A stretch of DNA of 63,508 nt, filler included, from Basidiobolus ranarum (GCA_040143965.1; 9 parts of 9 records of this genome joined end to end with filler, not necessarily neighbours in it), one strand, 5' to 3'; shown: positions 26,432-39,743, counted from the whole stretch's first letter. Made by a program: numbers and translations. Notes: generated from the letters alone by a model not told the origin.

Positions 26432-28191
26432 ATGGTTGCTCAAAGGCTTTATAATCCCAAAGATGCAGTCTATGTGGAAAAGGAAACGATCAGTAATTTT
26501 CTCCCTGATCCCATTGCTGAGAAGGCGTTAGTTAGAAAGTTGGATAAGCGGTTGGTTCCATTCCTTGCTTTGCTGTACCTTTGTTCTTTCCTTGATCGCG
26601 TCAATATTGGTATGTAGCGCTAGTGTCACTAGTGCAACTATCAATGGTTTGTGAGATATACTGATGATTATCATGATTCGTAGGAAATGCGAAACTAGAT
26701 CACATTGACCAAGATCTCGGTTTGACGTCTAATGACTACAGTTGGTCATTGTCCATTTTCTTCATCGGTTATGTGAGTGGAGTTAACATAAACACAGCTA
26801 TGATTTATGATGGTTGCTAATCTGCTATTTGTATCGCTACTTTCGCCACCACATAGGTTCTCTTCGAAATGTAAGGGCTTTCTTGTACTTCATCAGAGTG
26901 ATATCTATATTTTCTAAACCTCCTATATACAGCCCTTCTAATGTTATGCTTAAGAAAATCGGTCCTTCAAAATGGATCCCAATTGTCATGATCGCATGGG
27001 CCATAGTTATGATATGTATGGCAGCTGTGACCAACGCAGCTGGCCTAATGGCGTCTAGATTCTTTTTAGGATTAGCGGAAGGTACGATCGTAAATGCAAC
27101 ATATATCAATTATTTGTGCGTCCATTACCGGGTCTAATATCAACTCTTTCTTCAGCCGGTCTTGTTCCTGGCATAATATTCTATCTTTCTCTGTGGTACA
27201 CACGGCAGGAACAAGTACTCCGTATTGCATTTTTCTTTAGTGCAGCTACTATTGCCGGTGCCTTTGGTGGCGTGTTGGCTTATGGAATCATCCAAATGAG
27301 TGGGATTCAGAATTTGAAAGGTTGGCAATGGATATTCATCATTGAGTAAGTTTATTATAAGAAAGGTATCACACTAGGTTCCGTATTGACTAATGCCTTT
27401 AATTTGAATCCGTAGAGGTCTACCAACACTAATTCTGGCTTTTGTAGCATATTTCTATCTTCCAGATTTTCCAGAGACTGCATCATTCCTTACTGAGGAG
27501 GAACGTAAGCTGTTGACGGATCGTCTTAAGCATGATGCAGGCGCGGCCTCAGAAACCGAATTCTCCTGGAAACAGTTCAAAGACGCTTTTATCGATTGGA
27601 AGGTCTATTTACATATGATTGTCTATATCTCTGGCTCGGTACCATTGTACAGTCTAAGCTTATTCTTGCCAAGTATTGTCAGTGGTATGGGATTTACAAG
27701 CTTAACAGCACAGCTGATGTCTGCACCTCCATATGCTATTGCTTGCTGTGTTACCCTTCTTGTATCTCTCCATGCTCATTATAAGAGGGAGCGAGGTTTA
27801 CATATTGCTGTTTGGATGTTCATTGGAATGATAGGCTACCTGTTACTTATTGTGTTGAGACACAAAGGCCCAGCAGCTCTATATATCGCAGCAATCATCA
27901 CCACTACCGGTGTGTTTGCAAATGCACCTAGTATGTTGTCCTGGTTTACGAATAATATCGGTGGACATACCAAAAGAGGAGTAGCCTCTGCCTTAATCAT
28001 TTCATTTGGTAACATCGGTGGTGCGTTAGGTGGTCAGGTATGCGATTTTCTAGTACTGATTCAAAACATTTACTTTATCGGACATTGGATTCACACGTTT
28101 AATTATCTTCAAATGGGATAGATCTACAGAGCGGATGATGCTCCATTTTATCCTCGTGGACATGCCATTTGTATGGGGTGTATGGCACTTG
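26432..28191 (+). CDS. MFS transporter, anion:cation symporter (Dal5/Tna1-like) family; 3' truncated by contig end
   Basis: EKALVRKLDKRLVPFLALLYLCSFLDRVNIGNAKL…FEIPSN…RFFLGLAE…LSLWYTRQEQ…GWQWIFIIEG…NNIGGHTKRG; multiple GT-AG introns. Confidence 0.93.
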
Positions 28192-28291
28192 NNNNNNNNN
28201 NNNNNNNNNNNNNNNNNNNNNNNNNNNNNNNNNNNTTAATTAATTAANNNNNNNNNNNNNNNNNNNNNNNNNNNNNNNNNNNNNNNNNNNN
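28192..28291. other. Artificial contig linker
   Basis: N44-TTAATTAATTAA-N44. Confidence 0.98.
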
Positions 28292-31200
28292 ATCTCATAT
28301 TCTAACCCATGCTTAAAAGGCATGTTTGTTGTGATCTACGCACATCCTATAGTTGTATTTCATAGTTAGCTAAAAATGGGACATATGCAATTCAATAATA
28401 CTCAAGTGCCTAATTCACAAATCAAAATCTTGTCCAAAACACTTCCAAATCACCAAAAAGTTTTATCAGAACATGAGCCCCAAGCTAGTTGTTAAAGAAA
28501 TGTCTACAGGTAGTATTATCAACATTTTCATACCCACAGAGAAGTTTAATGGTGAAGCCTTTACCCTTGGAAGTTCAAGATGTGAATGGTGTTAGAAGAC
28601 AAAGACCTTTGGGGATTTATCACAGAAGAAGACACAGATCCAAAGGGGCTACCAGAAGAAATCTCTGCGTTTAACAAGACGCAGAGAAAAGCACTCTCTG
28701 CACTTGTTTACATCTCAGAGACTCTCAATTGAGGTCTATGCACTCAGCCAAAACATCCAAACTGCTTGGGAAACACTTGAGAGACTATCTGAGACTAAAA
28801 GCCTGGCTGATAGGCTATATCTCAGGTGAAAATTATTCTCGATTCAGACAAAATCTCATAATGCTATGGCTAATCACGTGAATCAAACAAAAACTATGGC
28901 AGATTGGCTTGCATCCATTGCAGCACCTTGAAATGAAGATGACTTGATTATGGCACTACTTCAGAGCCTGCAAATGTTAAACAAGAAAGGTTGGCCTTCA
29001 AGGTTAAAACATATCTAAGTAAGATGAGTCTACTTAGAAGATGACTATGCACTAGATACAGCTGGTAAGGGGACTTTTGTGCTCATTGTAGACCAAAATT
29101 CAGCTACCCCATCTGCAAAATTGGATGCTGTACTCTGTATACCAAATATAACCAAAAATCTACTCTCAGTAAGCCAAGCTACAACTCAAGGACCACATTT
29201 CCTCTTCAGCAAGGCTGGATGCACTGTTGCAGATCAGAATAATACCAAGTTAGCCACTGGGATCAAAAAACAAAACTTATCCAAGCTAAAATTCTCAAAC
29301 TTGGCCAAAACTGGTGAAAAAAGCTGTCAAATGTGGTATAGAAGATTAGGTCAGATTAGGGAAGAAAGACTTACCCAAGTGATCTAAAATCAGCTTGTTT
29401 CAGACTTGGAAATTCAACATACCACTACATTGGATATGTATGAAGGTTGCATATATGGAAAACTTCACAGACAGCCATTTTCAAGATTTGGAGAGATTGA
29501 ATCCACTCAGAACCTTACCCCAATTCATTCTGACTTATGTGGCCCAATGAAAAACAGCACACTAGAAGGCAAAAGATACACTGCATTCTTCATTAATGCC
29601 AAAACAAGAGATGCTGTGGTATTCTTTCTCAAATCAAAAGCTGAAGCTTGAGCTCTGATCTAACACTGCAAAGCAATGGTAGGAAAAAGAACTGTAACAC
29701 ACATTAATGGTACTAAGGAGTGATAGTGTAGAAGAATACTGCTTTAAAGACTTTGCTAGTTTCGGTTCTGAACATAAAATTAAACAACAAACTAATGTAC
29801 CTTATAGTCCACAGCAATTGGAATTTCAAAACATGCTAATTGGACCATAGTGGAGAAAGCAAGATTAATGCTACATAATCAAAAGTTATATTACCAATAT
29901 TGTGCTGAATGTTGCCCCACTGCAATCTATTTCAAAATCTGATGCTTAACATGATTACTCTAAAATTCTACTTCATTGCAAGTGTCAGTGGAGCTAAACC
30001 AAGTGTGGATCATTTGAGGATCTTTGATTGCCCAGCATATTGCCTAATTCTAGCTCAAATATGCTCTAAATTGGAATCCTAAAGCTATAAATGCATATTT
30101 CCTGGTTATTGTGATGGATCTAAGGCTTACAGACTGTTTGCTACCAAAAATCACAAGTTACTTGAGGGCAGAGATGCGATTTGTGATTAAAAGCACCTGC
30201 AATCACAGTTCTTGATCCAGAGAACAAAATCAGCACTATGCACAAAGTGTCTGACAAGAATTCAGCTCTATATGAGCCCAATTCAGCCAAAGTTGCAGCC
30301 TCATTCATAGCAGATGCTGATTCCGGACATAGAATATCATCTAACAGAAAAAACAAGTCAGGGAATAGGCAAGACACTTCCAATGATGAGGCATATATAT
30401 ACCTAATTACAGTTATTCAAAAAACAATGTCTGACAAGTTTTCCACACTTCAGGACAATAAAACTGGGTTATAAGTCACTACCAGCAATGAGAAAGCAAT
30501 TAGAATGCAAATAAGTCTAAAAAGTCAAAAACCAAGCTGACATAACTGTCAAAAGATACAAAGCAAGATTAGTTAAAAAGGGAATTCCTAAACTCCAGGA
30601 GTTGATTTTGCTGAAACCTTTGCTCCAGTAACTATGTTTTGCTCCATTAAATCAGTCCTGGCACTCTCTGCCATCCATAACCTTGATTTACATCAAATGG
30701 ATGTAAAATCAACCTTTTGGAATGGCAATCAGGAAGAAGAGATCTATATGGAGTTACCAGATGAATATGTAGAGCCAAAACACCCTGATATGGTCTGTAA
30801 ATTGCAAAAATTGCTACATGGACTCAAGCTAGCACCCTGGGGATGGTACCAAAAGATAGAAACCTATATGGAATCACTGGAATTTCATAAATGCACAGCA
30901 GATCATATTGTTTACATTGAAATATCCAGAAATAGGATCCTTATCTTTTGTGAATGACTTGACCATTGCCACAAATGATCTAGAAGCACTTAATCAGACA
31001 AAAAAAGCTCATCAAACCAATTGCAGATAATAGATATGGGTGAATTAAGATATTTTTTGGAATCCACAGCAAGAGATATAAACCCAATCAGAAAATCAAG
31101 CTGAGTTAGTCTAGGTACATCCTGGACTGCCTAAAATGCTTCAACATGGAGAATGGCAAGCCCCTATCAATACCCATGGATTGCAGAGTGAAATTAACAA

Positions 31201-32322
31201 AAATTACATCTGATTTGGTGCAATATAACTCATATCAAAGCCAGGAGTGCCCCTATTAATTCATGGTAGGTGGCCTAATGTATACAATGGTTGAAATATG
31301 TCCAGACTTTGCTGTAGCAGTAGTAACTGTGAGTCAATTAAGCAAAAATACCCAACCTGAGCACAAAGCTGCAGTAAAATAATTATTCAGGTTTTAGAGT
31401 GCGACTGTATATGGAATACTCTGGCACTCCTGATGTCAGAAATTTTGAAGGCTACAGTGCTGCAGACTGTAGAAGAAGCCTTGGTGATACAAGATCAACA
31501 ACTGCATAACCTTTTTCTTTGGCAATGGAGCCATAAGTTGGATTAGTAAGGGGCAACCTACCATAGCACTTTCCACTAAAGAAGAAGAGGTTATGGCTGC
31601 CTCTGCTACCATGCAAGAAGATATGTGGTTAAGGAAGTTATTTACAGACTCTGGATACATGCAAAAGAATGCTATTATTGTATTTGAAAATAATCAAAAT
31701 TGTATTTTATTAGCGCAAGACCCTACACTACATGCTGGAACAAAATACATAGATAATAGGCATCATTCTGATAAAGAAGTCATAAAGAATGGTATATTTG
31801 AACCTGTCAATTGCCCTGCTCAGGTAATGATAGCTGAAATCTGTACCAAACCATTAGCTCGAGCTCAATTAGAATTATTAATATAAAAATTAGGTTCAAC
31901 AGAAATAGAAAATAAGTAGTTGAGTGGAAATATTGAAGTTAGATGAATAGCAACTCAATATTTAGTAGTTACTTTATTCATACGTTGATTATTTAGCACG
32001 CAATTCTGCCATTCAAAAAAGTGCACTTATTGCTATAATTGATAGGAATACAATTAGATCAATTTTACCAATTTTCACTATTTTCTCAAAATGTCTCCAT
32101 CTCACCTCTTATTTTCACCTGTGCTTAACAGGCATATTTGTTATTCTGTAAGCACATCCCATAATCCTACTTTGTATAATACTATAAATGGCACATGCTG
32201 AACTCAATAAACCCAAGTGTCTAATTCACAAATCCAAGTCTTGTCAAATACACTTGCAAATCCCCTATATACTTTGATCAAAAACATCAGCCAATAAAAC
32301 TCTTGGCTCTCCAACCTCAACA
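28292..32322 (+). mobile_element. Near full-length decayed Ty1/copia element, family B (LTR-gag-PR-IN-RT-RNaseH-LTR)
   Basis: Copia domain order: gag WKFKM…KDLW; PR-end NLLSVSQ; WYRRLG/CIYGK; IHSDLCGP; HQMDVKSTF..G; LHGLKLAP.GWY; RNase H TKYID.RHH, MIAEICTKPL. Partial 5' LTR 28292-28473, 3' LTR about 31931-32322; many stops and frameshifts. Confidence 0.92.
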
Positions 32323-33959
32323 GGTACTTTTGAATGTCACAGTTAGCCACAAACTACAGGCAAGCAAAAAGTTGCACAAATACCACAAAGCACCCTCAGT
32401 AATGTCACATCACAAGGATGTACAAAAATAGTAAAGGTGCTTGAGGAGTATCTTAAAAAGGGAAAAATGCAGTGCAAGTATGCAGAAGGTGGCTACAGAA
32501 GAGGAACATTCAACTGGACATTCAGTCTAATGTAGTCTGTGCAGGTATCTGGGAAGAGCTTAATATCAAGTGGCATAATATTGCAACTTATCTGCAAGAT
32601 TGCCGGAAGAATATTGATTCAGCAATGTTAAAACAATGGTGGGCTTTGATGGAGATATTGATGCAAACCAATGTTGGATATGAGCTAGAACTTAGGGTAT
32701 AAAGATCTCAATACAAACATTCAGGAGAATGTTCAAGAACTAGGGATTTCAAAGGCAACAAGTTCACATTCAAGTGGTAGATGTGTAGAATTGGAGTTAT
32801 GCTTTTCACACATGTGTTGATCCATTATTTTTGGAGATTATAGCCAATCATATACAAATATTTGCAAGATCTTGAAATTTCACTCCTGAAATCAAAAAAA
32901 TTGAATAAAATTAGCTCTGCCTTGACAATTTAATGACAGTAAGTGAACACTCAATCAAAGATGGATTAAAGTTGTGATGGTTTTCTTACAATAGCAATCC
33001 TCAAATATCTGTTTGGTAAAGGGGATGTTCAACAGTTGATGAAGTAGGCATTGTGGAAGTTGAAGGTATTGATGGTGTTTCCATTGAACTTGGCTCAGCT
33101 ATTGATTTACTATGTAACTAAGGGATTATAATATCTTCACTTGAACTATTGTTAGAAAGAATTATATCTGGGACAGCTCGTAGTGCTTTGTCAATATGTG
33201 AGTTTGTTCTTGGCTTGTTGAGGCCTTCAAATGTGGATAGTGGAGCAATAGACTGCTCATAAAATATATTCTTCTGTTCTGACTGGTTTTTTCCTTTCCT
33301 TTCCTGCAACCAGGCTTTTACTTGAAAGCCCACTTTGACTTGGATAGGCACCATTTTTTCAATGGCATTGAAATATTCAGATATCAACTTGATGAGATCA
33401 AATTCCTGAGAATTGGCTTGAAAGAAACCAAAATTGTCATCATATACCAGAAATTACTTGTAAATTTCCTCATGACTCCTCTGCAATACTATCCCAGAAT
33501 TAGCTGATAAAATCAATTGGATATATTTTAAATACCACTCCCATGTAGTGAGTTTTCTTTTCTACAGCAAAATCCTTCTCAAACCACAATAAAAATATTT
33601 CTAGAAGCCCTGTTGTTGTTTTCACAGATTCTTGTGCTAAGATAGCCAGTGGCTTCATGGAAAAAATATTCAAAGGCAGAGTCTCTGTACCAAGCCATCA
33701 GCTGTATGATGCCCGGTGTGTATCAGTAGTTAAAAGCATCTTAAGACTGCTTTAGTTTTTGTCACCAAGTCTATCAGCTATGCTTTACTTCAAAGTTCTG
33801 ATAACACTGTTGAAAGTGAAGACACTTTGGATCTAATGAAGTTATATTAGCAGAATGATGAAGGTAAAAGTTTAGTCAAGCAAGTAAGTACAGAAATCTG
33901 CTAATACACAGACTGTTACAGGCTTTACTTGTAGAACTTTAAAAGTTAACTAGTGGAGT

Positions 33960-35257
33960 TCAGCTATTTTACATTTTTCTTAAGCTTAACTTGTATCTCA
34001 GTAATTCAAATTGTACTTTTGCTTAAGGTTTGCTTAAGATTCCAGCAATCATTTCTTCAGTAGGGCAATAGATAAGTTCATTTACATCTTTAACCTGTAT
34101 ATAGATTACTGCAAAATAAGACTATTGGACATGCTTAGATAATAGCAAACATGCTTGTAATGTATGGGTGAAATTAGAGGTGATTTGGAGTAGTTTTGCA
34201 AAAAAAGTGAAAATTGGTAAAAGTGATCTAAAGGATAATTATATCATTCAGAGCAATAAACACCCATGTGTGAGTGGCAGAGTTGAGTGCTAAATAATTA
34301 GATTATGAAGACATCTAGTACTAAATAATGAGCTACTATTTACCTAATTTGAAGATCCCAAACAACTAATCATTTTGTAATTCACTTAAACTTAACTTTT
34401 ATCTTTGAATTATGGAGAAACTTGCTGAAAGTTTGCACTGCAACTGCAGTGTCTGAACTTGTTCCAGCCATTGACTTCATTAAGCTAGCTAGCAGGAGCT
34501 GATAAGGAAATCCTAGCTTTGTTTTGAGTTATTTTGAGCCAATGCGGATATAATTTTGATTAATATCACTTTGGAATTGATTGGTAATGTTGTGGCCTGC
34601 TATTTGTCATGTTAAAATATTTTGAGAAGTCTGCAATGTATCCAGCTGTATTCCGCATGACTTTGTGCTTGGGTTTATCTCTCTTGATCTAGATTCCAAG
34701 CAAATAACTCCATTCTCACTTTTCAGTAACATGAAACAGGTTTGATAGGCTGATTTTTGTCTGATTGACTGCATATATATCAACCATATATAGTGCCAAA
34801 AGAAGACACCCATTTGTAGTTGATTTCATATAAATACTGCTAACTGCTCTCCCTTTTTGGAATTCCAGTAATTCCAAACAAGTATCTATCTTGTTGTACC
34901 ATGCCCTAGGTGCTTGCTTGATATGATGTAGTTATTTTGCAGTTTACAGATTATATCAGGTTGTTTTGGGTCAACAGATCCACCAAGCTGCATCATATAG
35001 ACATCTTCTAGATTTCCATTCAGAAAGGCTGTTTTTTATCATTTGTCAGTAAAGGTTAGTGACAGCTGAGAGTTGCTGGCTTGATATAATGAAGCTAACT
35101 TAGCTACTAGCTCACATATGTCATCAAAACCAAAACCTGCAGTCTGGGAAAAACCTTGGCAGCTAATCTTGCTTCACATCTTTCTATGACTCCATCAGCA
35201 TGGTTTAGACTTTGTAGACCAATATGCAACCTATTTGCTCTCTTCCTGATGGTAGAG
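33960..35257 (-). mobile_element. Decayed copia RT/RNase H remnants with an inserted family-B LTR (about 34105-34355)
   Basis: KTAFLNGNLEDVYMMQ, KQAPRAWYNKID, LIYCPTEEMIAGILSKP; the LTR segment is the reverse complement of 31931-32160. Confidence 0.8.
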
Positions 35258-35357
35258 NNNNNNNNNNNNNNNNNNNNNNNNNNNNNNNNNNNNNNNNNNN
35301 NTTAATTAATTAANNNNNNNNNNNNNNNNNNNNNNNNNNNNNNNNNNNNNNNNNNNN
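35258..35357. other. Artificial contig linker
   Basis: N44-TTAATTAATTAA-N44. Confidence 0.98.
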
Positions 35358-35968
35358 TTCTACACTCAGTTTCAACGGCGTTGAATGGATTTTATTCAAC
35401 CAATGCATTGTAATGCGACAGTGTGGCTTATATCTTTTTATGGGGTTTTTCTACCGGATATTTACGATCGTACAGACATCTAGATAGCATCTTCTTACCA
35501 GCATTAACCAATGAAATCAACTCTATTTTTTTTCATCATCAAACCTATGTATGGTAACTTTTCGCATATAGCAATCCGATATCAAGATACAAATCTTGCC
35601 ACAAATCGGATTCGATCACCATATTCAGGCTACTCGGCAACTTATAAACTGTATAAACTATTTTCCAAGTTTACACTTAATAATACTAATAAGGCAATCT
35701 TTTTAACTGAGTTCAGGTATATACAGTTCAGGTGTTTATGTAAGATTTATAGTTTGATCTAGTGACCCAGAAACAATTGTATAGTTTGATCTAGTGACCC
35801 GAGAAACAGGATTTCTCCAAATTATGGCATTCAGTTATGTGGGTTGAAAGGTACATGATAGTTACTATGAATTTTTGAAAAATAAGAATCTTTATATCTT
35901 CTGCCAATGATAACTCTTTGAAGGTTTTTCCTTATATTTATTATATAGGAGCTTTATTGTCGCGAATA

Positions 35969-36814
35969 TTATACATGTGTCTGATGTGGTGGCTCTTTCT
36001 CCCCATTTATATCAAGGGTGAGTTTATCCATGGCACAATTATCATATTGAAGCCATTGCCACGTTTCATGATTGCAATTTTCGGTTCCAGTTTGATTACC
36101 ATCAATGGCCAAATATAAGCCACCACCACTAGGATCAATTCCAGAACCCCAGCATCCACCACCAGCAGTACGTGTAGTGTACCCACCCCAGTTAGGATAG
36201 CAGAAATCACTTCCCAAAATACGGTAACATTGGCGACTGAATAGTCCCCGGCGAGTTTGAGTTCCATTATTACCAAAGTTCTCAATAAACTGATAAATAC
36301 CAGTACCGGCTCTCAGGTCATAATGACCGAAATCATTACCACGGATGCTTGCAAAAAGACGCCATTCATCACCCACTTTCAAGCTGCTAGTAAATATAGT
36401 GTCATTACCAGAGTATTCGGCATCCACTCTTATACGATAGGTCTCCCCAGCCTTCCAATCGTAATGCATAAATGCGTGTTTCCCAGCACCACCTTCATAA
36501 AAGTCTTCGTAGGTGACATTCTGGCCAACATTAATAACCTGCGCTTTCTGATGATGGCTAAGATCCCATACGGAGAAGATAAGAACTCGCTCGGTTTCAG
36601 TCCACGTTTGAAAGCCACAATAACCAGTACCAAAGCCAGCAACATTCCAATAGCAAGGATGTGGGTCATATCCTACCGGAACCATAATATCAGATTCAAA
36701 GCTGGTGACAGGTGCAATGCGCCAATTTGGAAAATCATTGAAGATATGAAGTGCTACACTTTGGACGAGCACCGGAAATAAAGGCAGAATTGCAAGCAGA
36801 CCTATTGACCACAT
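35969..36814 (-). CDS. Secreted DUF3472-like protein, intronless, bacterial-type
   Basis: Signal peptide; YW..AGFG.GYCGFQ…ERVLIFSVWD…F.EG.G…YDWKAGETY…WRLFAS…FIENF…R.G.F motif series typical of DUF3472. Confidence 0.8.
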   Translation of the reverse strand: MWSIGLLAILPLFPVLVQSVALHIFNDFPNWRIAPVTSFESDIMVPVGYDPHPCYWNVAGFGTGYCGFQTWTETERVLIFSVWDLSHHQKAQVINVGQNVTYEDFYEGGAGKHAFMHYDWKAGETYRIRVDAEYSGNDTIFTSSLKVGDEWRLFASIRGNDFGHYDLRAGTGIYQFIENFGNNGTQTRRGLFSRQCYRILGSDFCYPNWGGYTTRTAGGGCWGSGIDPSGGGLYLAIDGNQTGTENCNHETWQWLQYDNCAMDKLTLDINGEKEPPHQTHV

Positions 36815-37798
36815 TTTGATTATAGATTTACGTATGTCTACGCTGTATTTATAACTTCCCCTATTGATCGTAACATATTCCGAACTATGATAACTCGAAG
36901 AAGTTGCCTACTTGTTGACCCAATAGGAGATGATTATCCCACCTGGGCATATCAGTGGCATTGACTATCCATGCTAATGAAAATCACCCTTGCCTGTCTA
37001 ATTGGGAGCAAGTCTTTAGAACGTCACTATATGGACTCTATTTGCTGGATACGTTCTTTTGGTCTACCCTGAAGCGAATTATGCTGGTAGGTATCATGCG
37101 TCGCTTAGATCAGTTAGATTACGATTAAGAACCAATAATCCTCGATATTTCCCTAGTGTGGCCGTGTTCCTTGCTTCGGAGAGAAGATTCTCCTGACTAA
37201 GTACGGATGGATATTTTTACTTCCAATTTAGTGTATATGAACAATCTGAATAGTCTTGGCAATAGGCTTGTGTTAGTTCAAAAAAATCTTTTTGCTCTTC
37301 TCGATGCTAAAATTCCGATCATCTTCTCCTGGCGAGATCGTGCCACGGACTTGGTACACTAAAAGTTGCAACAATCTAGTCCACGATTACCAAACACAGA
37401 CATGGTAACCAAACACCAACATCCAATAAGATAATATTCCGCTGAAATGCTATTTGGGGATGGAAAGCTCCATATTCCAAATTTCTGGGTAGTAGCTAGT
37501 TGTAGTAACTAGTTGGTAGCCTATTCGCTCAGAACATCGCTCAGAACAGTAAATAGCCATATCCAATTGAAAACTTAACAACCGACTCCTAGTGAGAGTT
37601 ATCATCATTTCGGCCTTGTTCTACAGTTTCCCATAGAACACTATGAACGGGAAACTGTTCCGCACTAAGAGTCATACCCACTCTTTCCTATATTCGGGTG
37701 TATCGTTCTATATACTGATTTGGGTGATAAGATTAGCGAGATGTACATCGTAGCCGATGAGCGTATAAATTCCAACTAAAAGATTTTGCTCAATAAGA

Positions 37799-38665
37799 AT
37801 GTTATTTACCAAGGCGATTATAGCAGGCTTAGCAACATTTGCTATTGTAGAGGCCTTACCACCCTTTTTGCATGACTCGAGTGATCGTGGAGAGCGTGGG
37901 TATTCCACAGTGAAGTTACCATCACTTCGTAATGCTACAGGACACACTAAGTATGCATACTATGCTCAGAGAATCAAAGATCGTCATTCTGAAATAGTCA
38001 AATTTCACAAAGAATTAAAAAAACGAAGTTCAGATCCACGTGCGGAAGGCAGTAGTTGCTCAAGACCACCTCTTCCTCCTACGTATATTCCGCCTGTGAA
38101 TACTCCCACTCCTTCAGTGTCCAGCTCTAATGTCAGAAAGTCTACTCCCAGTTTATCTACTAAGTTAAGCAGCAAGAGCTCCCGGCCTTCAGCAATGTAT
38201 AAGCCGGTACATCCTTCCCATCTGTCTCTGTTACTGAAATCTTCTCAAAATTTGGCCGCTAAAGTGAGTAGTCCAACATCTAGCCCAGTTATCTCTAATG
38301 ATTACAATGATTTTCAAGCAGTGAGCAACCCCAGTTGCTCAAGACCACCTCTGCCTCCTACGTATACCCCACCTGTGGAGAAACCTACTGCTTCAGTATT
38401 CACCTCTGATAAGTCTACTCGTAGCACCTCAATCAGGCTGCATAGCAAGACCTCCCAGCCTACACCATTGTATAAGCCAGTACACCCCTCCAATCTATCT
38501 CTCCTGAAACTCTCTCAAGCCACTAAAGTAAGTATCGCCAGTATATCCAAATACAAACCCGTTTCCTCTCTCGATGTCAAAAGTTTTAAATCATCGCAGA
38601 CCCAGAACCGTAGTTGCTCAAGACCACCTCTTCCTCCTAACTATACACCACCAGTAGCAGCTTAA
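37799..38665 (+). CDS. Secreted Ser/Pro/Lys-rich protein with 93-aa internal repeats
   Basis: Signal peptide, KKR site, SCSRPPLPP(T/N)Y(I/T)PPV at 38054, 38333 and 38612 (exact 279-bp period); upstream TATAAA, downstream AATAAA. Confidence 0.8.
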   Translation: MLFTKAIIAGLATFAIVEALPPFLHDSSDRGERGYSTVKLPSLRNATGHTKYAYYAQRIKDRHSEIVKFHKELKKRSSDPRAEGSSCSRPPLPPTYIPPVNTPTPSVSSSNVRKSTPSLSTKLSSKSSRPSAMYKPVHPSHLSLLLKSSQNLAAKVSSPTSSPVISNDYNDFQAVSNPSCSRPPLPPTYTPPVEKPTASVFTSDKSTRSTSIRLHSKTSQPTPLYKPVHPSNLSLLKLSQATKVSIASISKYKPVSSLDVKSFKSSQTQNRSCSRPPLPPNYTPPVAA

Positions 38666-39743
38666 GATATGTTATTTTAAGTAAATAAAACCTATCATTC
38701 AATTAAAAATTGTTAACATGAGTTTGAGCCAGTTGTTCTCGTTGTCCGATGTTTCTGTTGATCTGGTTGATCTAAGGGTTTTAGTTCAATATATCTAATG
38801 TTATCTGAAATAATAACCACATTTTGCTGCTAAATGTAAGTTTATTAGTAGACATTGAAGTATATATATGCTTATATTTGGATAAATAGGGATGATATTT
38901 AACTTGTATGTTACACTTAGTTCTCAGATTTCTAATGTAGTACCTTCATTCAAAGCTGTATTGTTTACCTAGCGCATTACGTATTGATATGGTTGTACTA
39001 GTTGGAAAGGATTGGGAGTATTTGGAACCATTACGAAAATTGAGTAATTAGGCTTGTTACTTCGATATGAGAAGAAGTTTATTCACAATCTTGTTAGAAA
39101 TGGTCAAGAACATTGCCACTACAAAGCGTTCTCGTAGCTCTAGTTGATAACTCACTCACTATTTTACTACCATTTTTCAAATGATAATTTTTCTCCATGC
39201 AATACACGAATCAACTTCAAAATTATCTTGTAGCTTAACCATAGCCGAAATGACCATCTCTGATACTATGAAGATGATTCTACTACTCTTAGTGATGTTT
39301 GATGCAGTTGGTGAGTCAGCTTTACAAACTCTATATTTTTTTGCGATAGGATTATACATTTTTTGTTCTATCTCAAGATACTATATAAGAGAGGCTACTA
39401 GTTTCAACATTATAGTTCTGGCCATTATCATTGCATTCTTTATACGAATATGGTTTGCTAGCACCATATCTCTAAGAATCAGTCAATTATCAATAAATCT
39501 CTAGCAAATCACTAGAATTTAAATACAGTAAATTCCCCCAAGGAGATAACTAATCCATATTTCATATATACATATACTTTAACAAGAGCTTGCCAATGTT
39601 AAAGTATTCTACGCAACCATATTATTTCATGTTTACTCAGCACTATTTTGAAGAATTATTTCATGTTTACTCAGCACTATTTGGTAGAATTAATTAGATT
39701 CGAAACATTTCATTTGTTATAACAATTTTCAACGCAGGGTCGA

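Noticed and set aside
32330-33950. Decayed ORF-like sequence between copia relics
   Set aside because: Probably TE-derived (CpG-poor), but no diagnostic motif was recognised.
39181-39504. Hydrophobic 107-aa ORF
   Set aside because: AT-rich composition readily yields such ORFs; no family motif.
35748-39690. Short local direct duplications (35748-35808, 39622-39690; also 17-bp x3 at 8975-9020)
   Set aside because: Ordinary slippage duplications with no further structure.
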